Origin: Dipteris shenzhenensis
Taxonomy: Eukaryota
Assembly (NCBI GenBank): GCA_047967505.1
Contig: CM106538.1
Direction: 5' to 3' (one strand)
Length of the DNA stretch: 64,000 nucleotides
Shown: in pieces, positions 1 through 12,075 of the stretch
Layout of the letters: every line of letters starts with the position of its first letter
Numbering within the stretch: position 1 is the first letter of the stretch
The notes under the pieces: generated by a model
The model's database searches: none
Seen by the model: only the letters and a program-made list of their open reading frames with translations
Told to the model about the DNA's origin: nothing
Program-made: the position numbers and the translations under genes

Positions 1-30
1 TATGCCAAACTCCAACGATTTATTAAGAAA

Positions 31-1000
31 GTAGAAACAGACACAAGTGCACCTTGCAAATCCCATGTTCTCTTTCAGCAAACCTTTACTCCAAGGCACA
101 GGAAGAGTACGGTGGCAAATGACAAACAAAAGTGTGCATGAGCACCATGCTGATTCCATGTGCCATTTGAGCAAACTTTTCAAGGAATACTCCAAAGCAC
201 AGGAAGAGTACATGATGGCACGTGACAAACAAACTTGTGCTAGAGTAAACTGGACAAGTGCTATATTATTTAAGATGCAAATGTAAAAACACTATGCAAG
301 TTGCAACTCCACCAAAGCAGGAAGCATCCCATGCCACAAAAGACCCAAGAAACTTTTTTTTAACACATCTTAATTAATATGAAAATGCAAAAGAATTAGA
401 ATGTAGGAACAGATATACACACACCATGCAAATCCCATGTGCCATTTGAGTAAACCTTTAAAGGAATACTCCAAGGCACAGGAAGAGTACATGGTGGGAA
501 ATGACAAACAAAAGTGTGCACGAGCACCATGCAAATTCCATGTGCCATTTGAGCAAGCCTTTCAAGGAATACTCCAAAGCACAGGAAGAGTACACGATGC
601 TACATGACAAACAACTTGTGCTAGAGTAAAGTGGACAAGTAAAGAGCTATATTGACTAATACACAAATGTAAAAACACTATGCAAGTTGTAGCTCCACCA
701 AAACAGGAAGCAACCCATGCCATTAAAAACCCAAGAACTTTTTTTGACCCACATAGCCTCTTATTTTAAAACCCTTAGATGCTAAATTTCAAGGATTTAT
801 AAAAAATGTAGGAACAAACACACATGCACCATTGCAAATCCCTTGTGCCATTTGAGCAAACTAGAAGAGTACATGATGGCAAACGACAATTAGAGCTATG
901 TGCGAGGACCATGCAAATTCCATGTGCCATTTCTACCTACCCTTGAATGAATACTCCAAAGCATAGGAAGAATACACAATGGCAATGATGTCAGCAGCTG
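31..1000. repeat. Hierarchical tandem repeat: ~370-400 bp units, each with two ~100 bp subunits
   Basis: GTAG(A/G)AACA unit starts near 31, 403 and 808; subunit CACCATGCAAAT(T/C)CCATGTGCCATTTGAGCAA...GGAATACTCCAA(A/G)GCACAGGAAGAGTAC recurs near 49, 144, 422, 524, 827 and 907. Confidence 0.8.
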
Positions 1001-1280
1001 AGAAAAGCACATGCACTCACCCCAATCAAACGCAGAACCAAATGTCATTTCTTCTTTCTCATCTCACCCCCCTCTCTCTCTCCAAATCACAAGAAAGATG
1101 TAGGAATGCCCAAAAATTTGTATGACTAAGAAGACAAAGCATCATATTAATTAGCATGGAAATGTAAAATCATTCCACAAAGTACTACTCCACTAAAATA
1201 AGAACCATCCTATGCCATAAAAGACCCAAGGAAGCACAATAGGTAGTAGCGTATTCGGCTAATAGAATATAAGTATGGGG

Positions 1281-1282
<2 letters not shown>

Positions 1283-1325
<43 letters not shown>
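1283..1325. repeat. (GA)n microsatellite
   Basis: Perfect GA run. Confidence 0.95.
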
Positions 1326-1329
<4 letters not shown>

Positions 1330-1580
1330 TCAATTAGCTAACCAACCAACTATTATAATTAATAAGATCAATTAATTTAATCAATCTAAGTAATCAATTA
1401 ATTATATTTACTCAAACTATCTATGAATTAGTTGCGGTGGCTTAAACCTTAGCAGTGCATGTCCTTAGTGAATGAATGGGCCTAGATCCTTAGTCTTAGT
1501 CTTACATTTGCTCGCCATAACTTTGGAACATATAAGCCTTCACAAGACAATGTAGACCTTGTAATTCGTTACAACGATAA

Positions 1581-2034
1581 TCAATTTAATGTGGTCATTG
1601 TAAGGACTTTGTAGCTTTTTAAAACAACCATATAGTTCCATGTCAAAGTAGGATAGTTTGCCATGTAGGTGTCCGCAAAGTTTATCTTGAGGCATCCAAT
1701 GGATTATAGCAACATCTATCTCGGTAGTGGAGTTCGTAGTTAAAAGAGGCAAAATCCCTAAGTAGAGATGTCTTCTTTCTTTCTTGTGATAAATAGTTAG
1801 CATAAAATTTTCAATGCTATGTGCATATGAATGGATGTACATGGTCAATATAAGGAAGTAGATGGTCCTTGTAAGAACCTATATCGATCTATATGGTCTT
1901 AGAAAGGCTTATGCAACCTAGTCAATTCAATGTGGTCATTACAAGGACTTTGTAGCTTTTTAAAAGAACCATATAGTTCCATGTCAAAGTAGAATAGTTT
2001 GTCATGCAGGTGTATGCAAAGTTTATCTTGAGGC
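1581..2034. repeat. Pair of ~110 bp direct repeats (1581-1693 and 1922-2034)
   Basis: TGTGGTCATT..AAGGACTTTGTAGCTTTTTAAAA.AACCATATAGTTCCATGTCAAAGTAG..GCAAAGTTTATCTTGAGGCA occurs twice. Confidence 0.8.
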
Positions 2035-3524
2035 AAGCATTTATCCCAATTGTAAGGCAACCTCTGCACCTTTGTGAATCGTGATACCACTAGCCTGCTG
2101 ACCAGCGTGTTGCATCTAAGAAGAGAAACTCAATTCCCACAAATTCATATGAGAGCTTTGTAGAAGTTGAATACATCGAATCATCCTTGATGTGAATTAA
2201 GACAAGACACTTTGAACACACAGGCTTCTTGGTTAGAGTTCTTTCTCCAATACATTTTCTAAGTCCATGCAATGCATGGGTTTCTCAGCTAGTGACTACG
2301 GTAAAGGTGATGGAGTTGCTCAGGCAATGTTCCTAGCTCGCTTTATGCTCATGCCTACGTCCCCTGCACCACATAGATATAAAAGGAGGCTAGCACACTG
2401 TGGCAAACCATAACGAGCAAAGGACCTCGCAGAACTTGCTATCGTCCAACCGGAGCTAGCAACAACCTTGCCTTAGTAGGAGATGTGGAGCCGGCAATGG
2501 AAGCAATTACTAGCCAACGCAGGTCGAGAGCACGCAGTAGAGCAGATCAAAGCTCGATCAAGTACTTTGTGCCTAAAAGCACCCAAAGCACATCAAAGAT
2601 AGCTGGCCATGCAACCAATCACAAGGCAAGCCAACCAGTCTAAGCAAACTCGACCAAAACCCCACACAACTCTGGTAAAGTCCCAAAGAACTCCAGTTGG
2701 CAATTTTTGAAAAAGCTTTTCACACAACTTTCCCCACAATGCCTCGAACCTGTTTCTAAAGCACTTGACTCTAATGAGCTAGTGCTAACAAAGCATGCAA
2801 AAACCAAACCAAAACAACTAAAATACCAGAAACAACCTCCAGCATCTCAAGAGTCATCCGGAACATTCGAAGTAGCAAATCCAAATTCATATCTAATAGT
2901 AACACCCGATTCGGAGTTGCACCTAACGGGAACGTCCACAACTCCAACAATCCGGAATTAGAATCAGAATTCTCCAAATCAAAAAGTAGACTATTTGCAC
3001 ACACCTCCTGGCTCAAACTCAAAGAACGATCACTCAGTGAAACACACTCGACTAAAACACAATACACTCGTACTGCAAACCAATGAATCCCAATAAGAAG
3101 AAGCATCGCAAACCAAAGTAGTGAAATCCAACGGAACACCTAAGAGCACTACAATAAACAACAGAATCCCATGAAAGCATCGCACAGTAGCGCACAGCAG
3201 AAACCACAAGCCGCACTAAACGATACAATGAAGCCACAATAGAAACTCGAATGAAGACTCGATTGAAACGTGCCCTACATGCAACGGACAAAAGGACCAC
3301 GCAAAACCCCTCCGTCAAACCCTCCATAGCAAGAAAAGTGCCACGTATCACCCGGCCCGTGGCCGCGGCTGCTTGCCACACGGCCACGGCCGCTGCTTGC
3401 CACATGGCCACGGCCTCTGGAGAGCAATTGCCCTCCAACAGCGCAGTTCACTTTGCCAACTGCCTTCACAGTTCACATGCCAATGCTTTCGTTTTTGTGG
3501 ACACAGCGACACACGCTCCAGATT

Positions 3525-6500
3525 ATGGAGACTGTAAACAATGCCATGCACAGCCCCATAGCAGAACCGCAAGAGCTAAGCTTAGAGGAGGCACTCGCTT
3601 CATTGGAACGCACACCCCATCCGCCTTCGGTTGAAAACTTGACATGCATCTTGCGCAAGTGCAGAAAATACAAAAATCCAGCGTTAGCCCTGCGCTTGCA
3701 TGCCTACCTGCGCAAAGGTGGGCTGGAAGCTCATAACTCACTCGGGAACTATCTTGTCCCAGTGTTAGTGGAAGTTGGAAGCATGTGTGATGCCCAGCAG
3801 GTTTTTGATAGGTTGGTTGATCGGAATGAGTATTCCTGGACTTCTCTCATTACCGGATATATTGAATGTGGGGAGTTACACCATGCCTTTGTACTGCACC
3901 AAAAAATGCAGGAGGATTGTGTACATCCTAGTGGGTATACTTTCGTAGCCTTACTAAAGGCTTGTGCCAGGCTGAAAGATAAACAAAGAGGCCGAGAAAT
4001 ACATGCTCAAATTACGAGAATGGGGTTGTTGGAAATAAATCCTTTTGTTGGTAGCACCTTGGTTGATATGTATGCCAAGTGTGGCTTGCTTGCAAAAGCA
4101 CAGGAAGTGTTTGACAAACTTCCTGTTCGAGATGCAGTCTCCTGGAACGCACTTATCGCAGGGTATGCTGAACATGAGCTTGGTCAGGACGCACTGAACT
4201 GTTTCAAACAGATGCAATTAGAGGGCGTCTCTCCTGATGCGGTTACATTCATTTGCAGCTTGAAAGCTTGTGGCAGCATAGGAGCCATAGACAAGGGCCG
4301 AGAAATACATGCTGAGATTGCAAGAAAGGGGTTGTTGCAAAGAGCTCCTTCTGTTGGTAACACCTTGGTTGATATGTATGCCAATTGTGGCTTGCTTGCA
4401 ACTGCACAGGAAGTGTTCAACAAACTTTCAGTTCAAAATATAGTCTCATGGAATGTACTTATCGCAGGGTATGCTGAACATGACCTTGGTCAGGAGGCTC
4501 TCAACTGTTTCGAACATATGCGATTGGGAGGTGTCCCTCCTGATGCGGTCACGTTTGTTTGCAGCTTGAAAGCTTGTGGCAGCATAGGAGCCATAGACAA
4601 GGGCCAAGAAATACATGCTGAGATTGCGAGAAAGGGGTTGTTGGAAAGAAATCCTTTTGTTGGTAGCACATTGGTTTATATGTATGCCAAGTGTGGCTTG
4701 CTTGCAAATGCACAGGAAGTGTTCAACAAACTTCCAGTTCAAAATGCAGTCTCCTGGAATGCACTTATCGCAGGGTATGCTGAACATGACCTCGGTCAAG
4801 ACGCACTGAATTGTTTCGAAGAGATGCAATTGGAGGGTGTCTCTCCAAGTGCGGTCACATTTGTTTGCAGCTTGAAAGCTTGTGGCAGCATAGGAGCCAT
4901 AGACAAGGGCCGAGAAATACATGCTGAGATTGCAGGAAAGGGGTTCGAAATAAATCCTTTTGTTGGTAACACCTTGGTTGATATGTACGCCAAATGTGGC
5001 TTGCTTGCAAAAGCACAGGAAGTGTTTGACAAACTTTCAGTTCGAGATGCAGTCTCATGGAATGCACTTATCGCAGGGTATGCTGAACATGACCTTGGTC
5101 AGGATGCAATGAACTATTTCGAACAGATGCGATCTGAGGGTGTCTCTCCTGATGCGCACACATTTGTTTGCAGCTTGAAGGCCTGTAGCAACATGGGAGC
5201 CATAGACAAGGGCTTAGAAATACATGCTGAGATTGTCAGAAAGGGGTTCTTGGAAATAAATCCTTTTGTTGGTAACACCTTGGTTGATATGTATGCCAAT
5301 TGTGGCTTGGTTGCAAATGCACAGGAAGTGTTCGACAAACTTCCAGTTCGAGATGCAGTCTCCTGGAATGCACTTATCGCAGGGTACACTGAAAATGACC
5401 TTGGTCAGGAGGCACTGAGCTGTTTTGAACAGATGAGATTGGAGGGTGTCTTTCCTGATGCAGTCACATTTGTTAGCAGCTTGAAAGCGTGTGGCAGCGT
5501 AGGAGCCATAGACGAGGGCCGAGAAATACATGCTGATATTGCAAGAAAGGGGTTGGTCGAAGGAAATCTTTTTGTTGGTAGCAGCTTGGTTGATATGTAT
5601 GCCAAGTGTGGCTTCCTTGCAAAAGCACGGGAAGTGTTTGACAAACTTCCTATTCGTGATACAGTCTCATGGAATGCACTTATCGCAGGGTATGCTGAAC
5701 ATGACCTTGGTCAGGATGCACTGAACTGTTTTGAACAGATGCAATGGGAGGGGGTCTCTCCTGATGTGGTCACATTTGTTTGCAGCTTGAAAGCTTGTGG
5801 CAGCATAGGAGCCATAGACAAGGGTCGAGAAATACATACTGAAATTGCTAGAAAGGGGTTGTTGGAAAGAGATCCTTTTATTGGTAGCACATTGGTTGAT
5901 ATGTATGCCAAGTGTGGCTTGCTTGCAATTGCACAGGAAGTGTTTGACAAACTTCCAGTCCGAGATGCAGTCTCATGGAATGCACTTATTGCAGGGTATG
6001 CTGAACATGACCTTGGTCAGGATGCACTGAACTGTTTCGAACAGATGCAATCGGAGGGCGTCTCTCCTGATGCGGTCACATTTGTTTGCAGCTTGAAAGC
6101 TTGTGGCAGCATAGGAGCCATAGACAAGGGCCAAGAAATACATGCTCAGATTGCGGGAAAGGGGTTTTTGGAAAGAGATCCTTTTGTTGCTAGCACCTTG
6201 GTTGATATGTATGCAAAGTGTGGCTTGCTTGCAAAAGCACAGGAAGTGTTTGACAAACTTCTAGTTCCAGATGCAGTCTCGTGGAATGCACTTATCGCAG
6301 GGTATGCCCAGCTAGGAGAGAGTGATAAGGTTTTTCTTATACTTGACAGAATGAGAGCAGAAGACATAAAACCAGTTGGGGTCACATTCCTTAGCATTCT
6401 TACTGTATGCAGTCACACAGGTCTAGTGGAGAAAGGCCAGACATATTTTGAGGCCATGAGCAAAGACTATGGCATCACTCCAACTATTGAGCACCATAAT

Positions 6501-6878
6501 TGCATGGTTGATCTCCTTGGCCGTGCCGGCCAATTAGACAAGGCAGTAGTGATGATAAAGAAGATGCCGTTCAATCCTAATCTCGTGTTGTGGCGTACTG
6601 TGTTGGGTGCTTGTCGGAAGTGGGGGAATGTGGAGCTTGGAAGGTGGGCCTTTGAACATGCAGTGGAATTGGATAAAAAGGATGCTGCAGCTTATGTCTT
6701 GATGTCTAACATTTATGCAGATGCTCACATGCAGGAGGATGCTAAGCAGGTTGAGTTAATGAGATTAAATGAACAACCATGGAAGAAGGCAGGACAGAGT
6801 TGGACTGATGTTGGCGGAATTGTGCATTCATTTTTGGTAGGGATACAGGACCTTCCCAAAGCATCTGTATATATGTGA
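3525..6878 (+). CDS. PLS-class pentatricopeptide repeat protein, copy 1: L-S-(P1L1S1)x8-P2L2S2-E1E2, DYW tail lost by frameshift
   Basis: Open frame 3453-6878 with ~102-aa triplets VSWNALIAGYAEH / VTFVCSLKACG / PFVGSTLVDMYAKCG, then P2L2S2 (CSHTGLVEKG, CMVDLLGRAG) and E1/E2 (AAYVLMSNIY). Start put at METV by homology with copies 2 and 3; in-frame ATGs also at 3477 and 3483. Confidence 0.92.
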   Translation: METVNNAMHSPIAEPQELSLEEALASLERTPHPPSVENLTCILRKCRKYKNPALALRLHAYLRKGGLEAHNSLGNYLVPVLVEVGSMCDAQQVFDRLVDRNEYSWTSLITGYIECGELHHAFVLHQKMQEDCVHPSGYTFVALLKACARLKDKQRGREIHAQITRMGLLEINPFVGSTLVDMYAKCGLLAKAQEVFDKLPVRDAVSWNALIAGYAEHELGQDALNCFKQMQLEGVSPDAVTFICSLKACGSIGAIDKGREIHAEIARKGLLQRAPSVGNTLVDMYANCGLLATAQEVFNKLSVQNIVSWNVLIAGYAEHDLGQEALNCFEHMRLGGVPPDAVTFVCSLKACGSIGAIDKGQEIHAEIARKGLLERNPFVGSTLVYMYAKCGLLANAQEVFNKLPVQNAVSWNALIAGYAEHDLGQDALNCFEEMQLEGVSPSAVTFVCSLKACGSIGAIDKGREIHAEIAGKGFEINPFVGNTLVDMYAKCGLLAKAQEVFDKLSVRDAVSWNALIAGYAEHDLGQDAMNYFEQMRSEGVSPDAHTFVCSLKACSNMGAIDKGLEIHAEIVRKGFLEINPFVGNTLVDMYANCGLVANAQEVFDKLPVRDAVSWNALIAGYTENDLGQEALSCFEQMRLEGVFPDAVTFVSSLKACGSVGAIDEGREIHADIARKGLVEGNLFVGSSLVDMYAKCGFLAKAREVFDKLPIRDTVSWNALIAGYAEHDLGQDALNCFEQMQWEGVSPDVVTFVCSLKACGSIGAIDKGREIHTEIARKGLLERDPFIGSTLVDMYAKCGLLAIAQEVFDKLPVRDAVSWNALIAGYAEHDLGQDALNCFEQMQSEGVSPDAVTFVCSLKACGSIGAIDKGQEIHAQIAGKGFLERDPFVASTLVDMYAKCGLLAKAQEVFDKLLVPDAVSWNALIAGYAQLGESDKVFLILDRMRAEDIKPVGVTFLSILTVCSHTGLVEKGQTYFEAMSKDYGITPTIEHHNCMVDLLGRAGQLDKAVVMIKKMPFNPNLVLWRTVLGACRKWGNVELGRWAFEHAVELDKKDAAAYVLMSNIYADAHMQEDAKQVELMRLNEQPWKKAGQSWTDVGGIVHSFLVGIQDLPKASVYM

Positions 6879-7110
6879 AGCTAGAAGATATTTCTTTCAA
6901 AAAAAGGGAAGAAGGATATGTACCAGATTTGCATTGGCTGTCCTAGGACATGTCTGATAATCTAAAGGAATTTGAGTAATATCGGCACAGTGAGAAGTTG
7001 TCTATCGCTTGTGCCCTGAATAATACAACCAAGGGGGAAAACCATACACGACATAAGGTTTGCAAGGCTGTCATTCGGCTACAGCACTTATATCGAAAGT
7101 AGAGTAGCGA
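6783..7110 (+). pseudogene. Degenerate, truncated DYW domain of PPR copy 1
   Basis: KKAGQSWTDVGGIVHSFLVG, then one G missing relative to copy 2; corrected frame gives REEGYVPD..S*..FE*YRHSEKLSIACAL..CHSATALISKVE*; no terminal DYW tripeptide. Confidence 0.85.
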
Positions 7111-7789
7111 ACTAGGGGAATGAAAGGAGGAAAGTGGTTGGGATCGTGTGTGCTTTAGTGAACAAGGTTGTGAATCTGTCGTTTAAATCAAGCAATTTTT
7201 AGAAATCCAGTCTCCTTATTCTCCATGTCAGTAGACCTCGATTTGATTTCTGCAAATTACAGTTTGTGACGTTTTCATGATTCTGTTAAGTGTGGTGTTT
7301 GCATTTTTTCTTATTACAGATTCGTCCCCAGTATAGTGAATTCCCTTGTTAAAGTGGACAAAGTCTTCTATGAGCTAGTTCTAGTATTGTGAGTTTTGAG
7401 GTTTGTTACTAAGGCTATTATATTTTGTATCTTTGTGTGCTTAAGAAGGTGTTAACTTATTATGTACTGAGGCATGTATCTTTGATCAATCTTTTTATGT
7501 CATGATGATACGATATACCGTTTGAGTTAAAATGATTATCGTTCTCCCATAGGTGGCTATATTCGTTTGGATGAATTTGTGCAACCAGGTATTTTAGGTA
7601 CCCTAAGTACTGCTAAGACATTTCTAGAGTACTTCAGCCATACCATCAAGCAGAGATTTGTAAGAATATTACAATGGTATGGTTATGTAAGCTAACTCTA
7701 CTTAGGTCAATCCAGTCACATAATCCAAAACTCTGTCTTTTCAATCATTTGTTCAAGGAAGTTTTGCTCTTCCAGTTTGTATGAACTGA

Positions 7790-8400
7790 CTCCGGTTTCC
7801 CCTTTAGTCAACTTCCTATAGGCCTCAAGTGCACTAAGTATGACACAACTTGATGGTACAGTTGTAGACAAGACATGGGAAACCTCATTTGTTTGTGCTC
7901 TACGAGGCTTGATATTGCCTATTCTACAAGGTTGCTCTATTAGTTTAGCATTGTGCCACAATCACACATTGAAATGCAGTCAAAAGTGTTATTAGATATG
8001 TACATGGCACTCTCAATTTCGGTCTGCATTATGCTAGAGATTGGGACATTGACCTTCTTGGGCACACAAACCATGACTGGTCTCAAGGACATTGATGACC
8101 GAAAATTCACTTTTGGCTATTGTTTCTCATTGAGTTCAGCTTGCATTTCATGGCTGAGCAAGTGAGGGTCTCTCTTTCATCTAGTGAAGCGAAATATAAG
8201 CAGCAATCCAACCCCTATGGGCTGCATGTGCTTAAGGAGTTAAAACACTATCTACATCATTCAAAATACAGTGTGGCCACTCCACTTATTGTGACAGTCA
8301 AAGTTGCATCGCCATAGCAAAAACTATCATCGTTCATGCTCACATGAACCATATTGAAAATAATTAGCATTATTGGCCTCACTTTTTCCATCCAAGGACA
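7790..8400 (+). mobile_element. Degraded Ty1/copia RT-RNase H remnant in the 3' flank shared with PPR copy 2
   Basis: DDRKFTFGYCFSLSSACISWLSK, VSLSSSEAKY, H(M)NHIE motifs; homologous to 31840-32300. Confidence 0.65.
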
Positions 8401-9199
8401 ACTAAAACCCCTTCTAGTGATACATTTGTACACCTTTAAGAAGGATTTGGGGATGAGAGATGTACAAAAAATAACAATCTCGGGTTGAAATAGGACATTG
8501 TTTTATTAATATATGTGCTAACATTGGAAATCCTCATAATAAGAGTTGATTAAACAAATTTGCAAAAACTGAGACAACTCAGGGCAAGAAAAACAACCAT
8601 TCTATGCTTAAAGTATGGGAAATGGTATTTCATTGCATGTCCATTTAACCATGAGGAAAGAAATTTGAACTATATGCTTACAGCTGACTTTTCTATACTG
8701 CTTGTTTATTTACAAGCATGCTAAAGATACAAGCTTGCAAGATTGTTACTCGAAGTGACACAATTTTTCTTTCTTCTAGCACCTCCTTACATGCTAATTT
8801 ACATGCTTCAACAATCCAATGCCAATAAAAGTTTTGAGCTTTACTAAAACATATACATTACAATACAATAAAGCATTGGGCATGAAACATGCCGCAATGG
8901 TGCTCTAGGAGGTAGGTAGTATGTAAAGGAATCAATACTTGGACGACCTGCAAAGAGTACATGGGTAATATGTGGATGCAAAGGAGAAAAGGAGATGATC
9001 TAACACACACAGTATGTTTATGAACCATTGTATTCCATTACGGGGAGATAGCACATTACAGCCTTTACCCTCAACTACATTCCCTTGTCACAATCTACAA
9101 GAAAGGACTTTAAGTCCATTTACGCAAATGCTTTCAAGAAGCATGGATGTTTTTATCAAAGTTTCCCCAAAATACACATTTTATAGCCCTTGGCTCTAA

Positions 9200-9480
9200 C
9201 TTCTTCCTTAACTCATTTGGCACATGCACATAACAAATGGAACCAAACACCTTCAAATAAGCCAAGGTTAAGCCAAGGTTGGCTTGTACCCATAAAGCTT
9301 TTCAAAAGGTGTCAACCCATGTATGGCATCCGTTGGTGTTCTATTCATGATATGCACGGCTACATGCACCGCTTCATCCCAAAAAATCAATGGTGTATTC
9401 ATTTCATCCATCATGGCTCTAGCCATGTCACCAATCACCCTATTCTTTTTTACCCATCTCTTAATGCCTTGGCCATATAG
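9200..9480 (-). mobile_element. Ty1/copia integrase fragment
   Basis: KNRVIGDMARAMM..FWDEAVHVAVHIMNRTPT..TPFEKLYGYKP. Confidence 0.8.
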
Positions 9481-9499
9481 AAACTGATAGTGACAGTGA

Positions 9500-11950
9500 G
9501 AGAGGGAGAGAGAGAGAGAGGAGTGCACTCGATATAGCTGCCTATACAGTAAGTTGTATTGAACATGAACATGAAGATATACATGTGAATCCCTTAGGGT
9601 TAGGGTTAGGGTTAAGGTTTGGCCCTAATGCCCTAGAGGTATGGTGCAATTTACAACACCCCCTTTTAAATTGCACTGGGTAAGTAGAGGGTGCATGTAC
9701 AAAACCTTTTCATAGGATTTCTTTTGGTGCATATGATAGCATCCAAAACTGGTAAAAAATTAAAAAGAAATTAGAGTAGTGTGTGCATATGTGAGCACAA
9801 TGACTACATAGCGGAAGCATGTACAATGAGTACAACTTACTAGATCCTATACATATCGTGCATTTCCACCTCTTAAGTTGTGGGTCATCCTTCGTCTTTG
9901 GGAAGAAAACCCAACAGATAGGCTAAAGAGGAGGAAGGAAATATGCAGAAAGTCAAGTCCTCCTCAATTAAAAATTGGTCAATCAAAAAATGATTGCGTG
10001 CCAATCTGTGTGTATGGTTGCATGCTGAACATGTCATAAGTCACCATGGATTGTATAGATGCTTTGAAGAAGAGGCATCTAGATGTGAAGCTAGTCAATG
10101 TAGCCACGAAGACGTGATCCGATAGATTGTGACATACGAGGGTGTCACCAACCCAAAAGAGCTGACAACAATGTGTGAGGTATGCTACAGTAGAGCTATA
10201 ATCTCTATCAACTGATGCAAGGTTGAAGGAGACCGCATAGTTGATGTGGACAGACTGATCTAGGGGCTGAAAATTTGGGGCCGAAGGTGTAGGTATGATA
10301 CACTGCTCTACTGAAAAAGAATCCCATAAAACTGACAAGGTATGACAACTTGTCAAACTTGTATGCTTAGCTATGAGTGAAGGTCGTCTGATATGTGCAT
10401 GGCTAAACATCCATTGGCATGGGATATAGCATCAGTCATAGGCTCAAGGTGGAGCTGACAGTACAAAGGCCTAGAAGCCTGAAATACAACGAAAAAAGCA
10501 TAAGATGTCCCTGAGGCATATGAGGTGCCAAAGCTGATGTAGATGGGATTGCCTCATATTGAGGACTTACCATCAAATTTACAGAGGGCTTATTGAGAAG
10601 TGTGCCTCATGCTGAGGGCTTAGTGATAAGTGTGCATGATCAGAAACTGCAGGTTGATCCATGCTAATATATGAAGCATCTGTGTCTAATTTCTCAAGAC
10701 CAATGAGGCTTGAGTCTGCATCATAAATTGGTACATATCCTGTGGCAAGGAATGGTCGAAGAAGGTTCTCTTTCCACTCACGGATCTCGTCTGGAGTCAT
10801 GACTAGTGTATCATCAACTACATGATGTGAGTAGCTCCATGTTGGAGGCAACGGTTTGGTGCTCTATCTAAGAGGCTTACTCGTGTACCGGTGAGAATGT
10901 CTACCCATGAGAACACTATGTGAGAGCTAGCACTATGGAGCTTATGCTAAATGGTTAGAACCAAGTCATGTGAGAAGAACTACTATGTGCCAAGGATCAA
11001 GCCTGCAATAGAATGATGACTATTGACTGTCCGGTGTGATGTGTATGTGTAGGAACCAATGCCAAAAATAGTCAATGAAAAGGATTGTACATGGGTGGCA
11101 TATGTGCATGCAAGAAGAATGCAACAATCTTGAATCTAAAAGAACTCTGCCAATTGTCACATTGAATTATGAATTGCCAAATGCCAAGAGTATTGAATTG
11201 TTAGAAGTGTGAATGTGTATACCGATGATAGAACTAATGGGACTGACGTCACTAGGAACTAATTGGGTAATGTGGCATGGCTTGCTTGGCTTAGTGGAGT
11301 TGGTTCTCCTCTACAATGGAGCTAGTCTATAGCTAGACTATGTGTCAAAGCATCAAATGCAGCAATCGTTCATTTTATGTGATGGATGCGCTGCAATGGA
11401 TCAAGAGGTGGCTTTGATGAAAATGATTTGGTGATGCTAGCTTGTGGAAATGTCAAATGGTAGATCCGATGTGCTTAGCACGTAGAGCATGATCTAGTAA
11501 CCATTTTTGGTGTTTGGATCGCCTCCAAATTCCCTCTTGATCAAAAGATACAGCTCTCGGAAGCATATGCCAAACTTTGATCCCAAGAAGGCCCAACAAT
11601 GATGATGTGGCTTGTGGTGAGGTGGCAAGCTAAGTTCACATGGAGAAATGTATTGTGCCTATGTAGAGGCAAGTGTGCCTTGCTGGCACTGTGCCACATG
11701 TCATGATGACATGGCATGGCATGATGAGTTAGGGTCAAGATGATGTGGCACAACTGACTAAGCCAATGATGTGGCATGCGAGACCTAACCATGGTTAAGA
11801 AAACCTAGGTGATAGGGCTCTCTTGGCGACATGGCAGTCTGACAATTGATGATATGGTGCTCTTACTGAGGTGGCGGTCTGAGTTGTCAACTAATGATGT
11901 GGACTGCTTGCGTGGCAGATTCTCCACGTGGTAGTTAGGATAAGGTTGTT
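9500..11950 (-). mobile_element. Probable LTR-retrotransposon remnant (internal region, PPT and start of an LTR)
   Basis: Minus strand AAAAGGGGG|TGTTGTAAA at 9667-9650 looks like a PPT/LTR boundary; no recognisable domains in the interior. Confidence 0.4.
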
Positions 11951-12019
11951 AGGTGGTAGCCTATGAGACAAGCCTAAAAGATAGTTCTTTTATGAGGCTA
12001 GGGTTCAAGGCTAGGGTTC

Positions 12020-12075
12020 AGATACAGTTGCATGGATACACTGATGCTGATTGGGCTGGTAGTATTTCTGATAGA
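12020..12075 (+). mobile_element. Short Ty1/copia RNase H fragment
   Basis: QLHGYTDADWAGSISDR motif, joined abruptly to gypsy RT sequence. Confidence 0.7.

Noticed and set aside
2075-2092. TGGTATCACG on the minus strand as a tRNA-Met PBS
   Set aside because: The match is short and there is no adjacent LTR end or partner LTR
3473-6728. Many recurrent antisense and alternate-frame ORFs over the PPR genes (also 27809-29433 and 56173-58301)
   Set aside because: Shadows of the 306-bp PPR repeat; they recur with the same period
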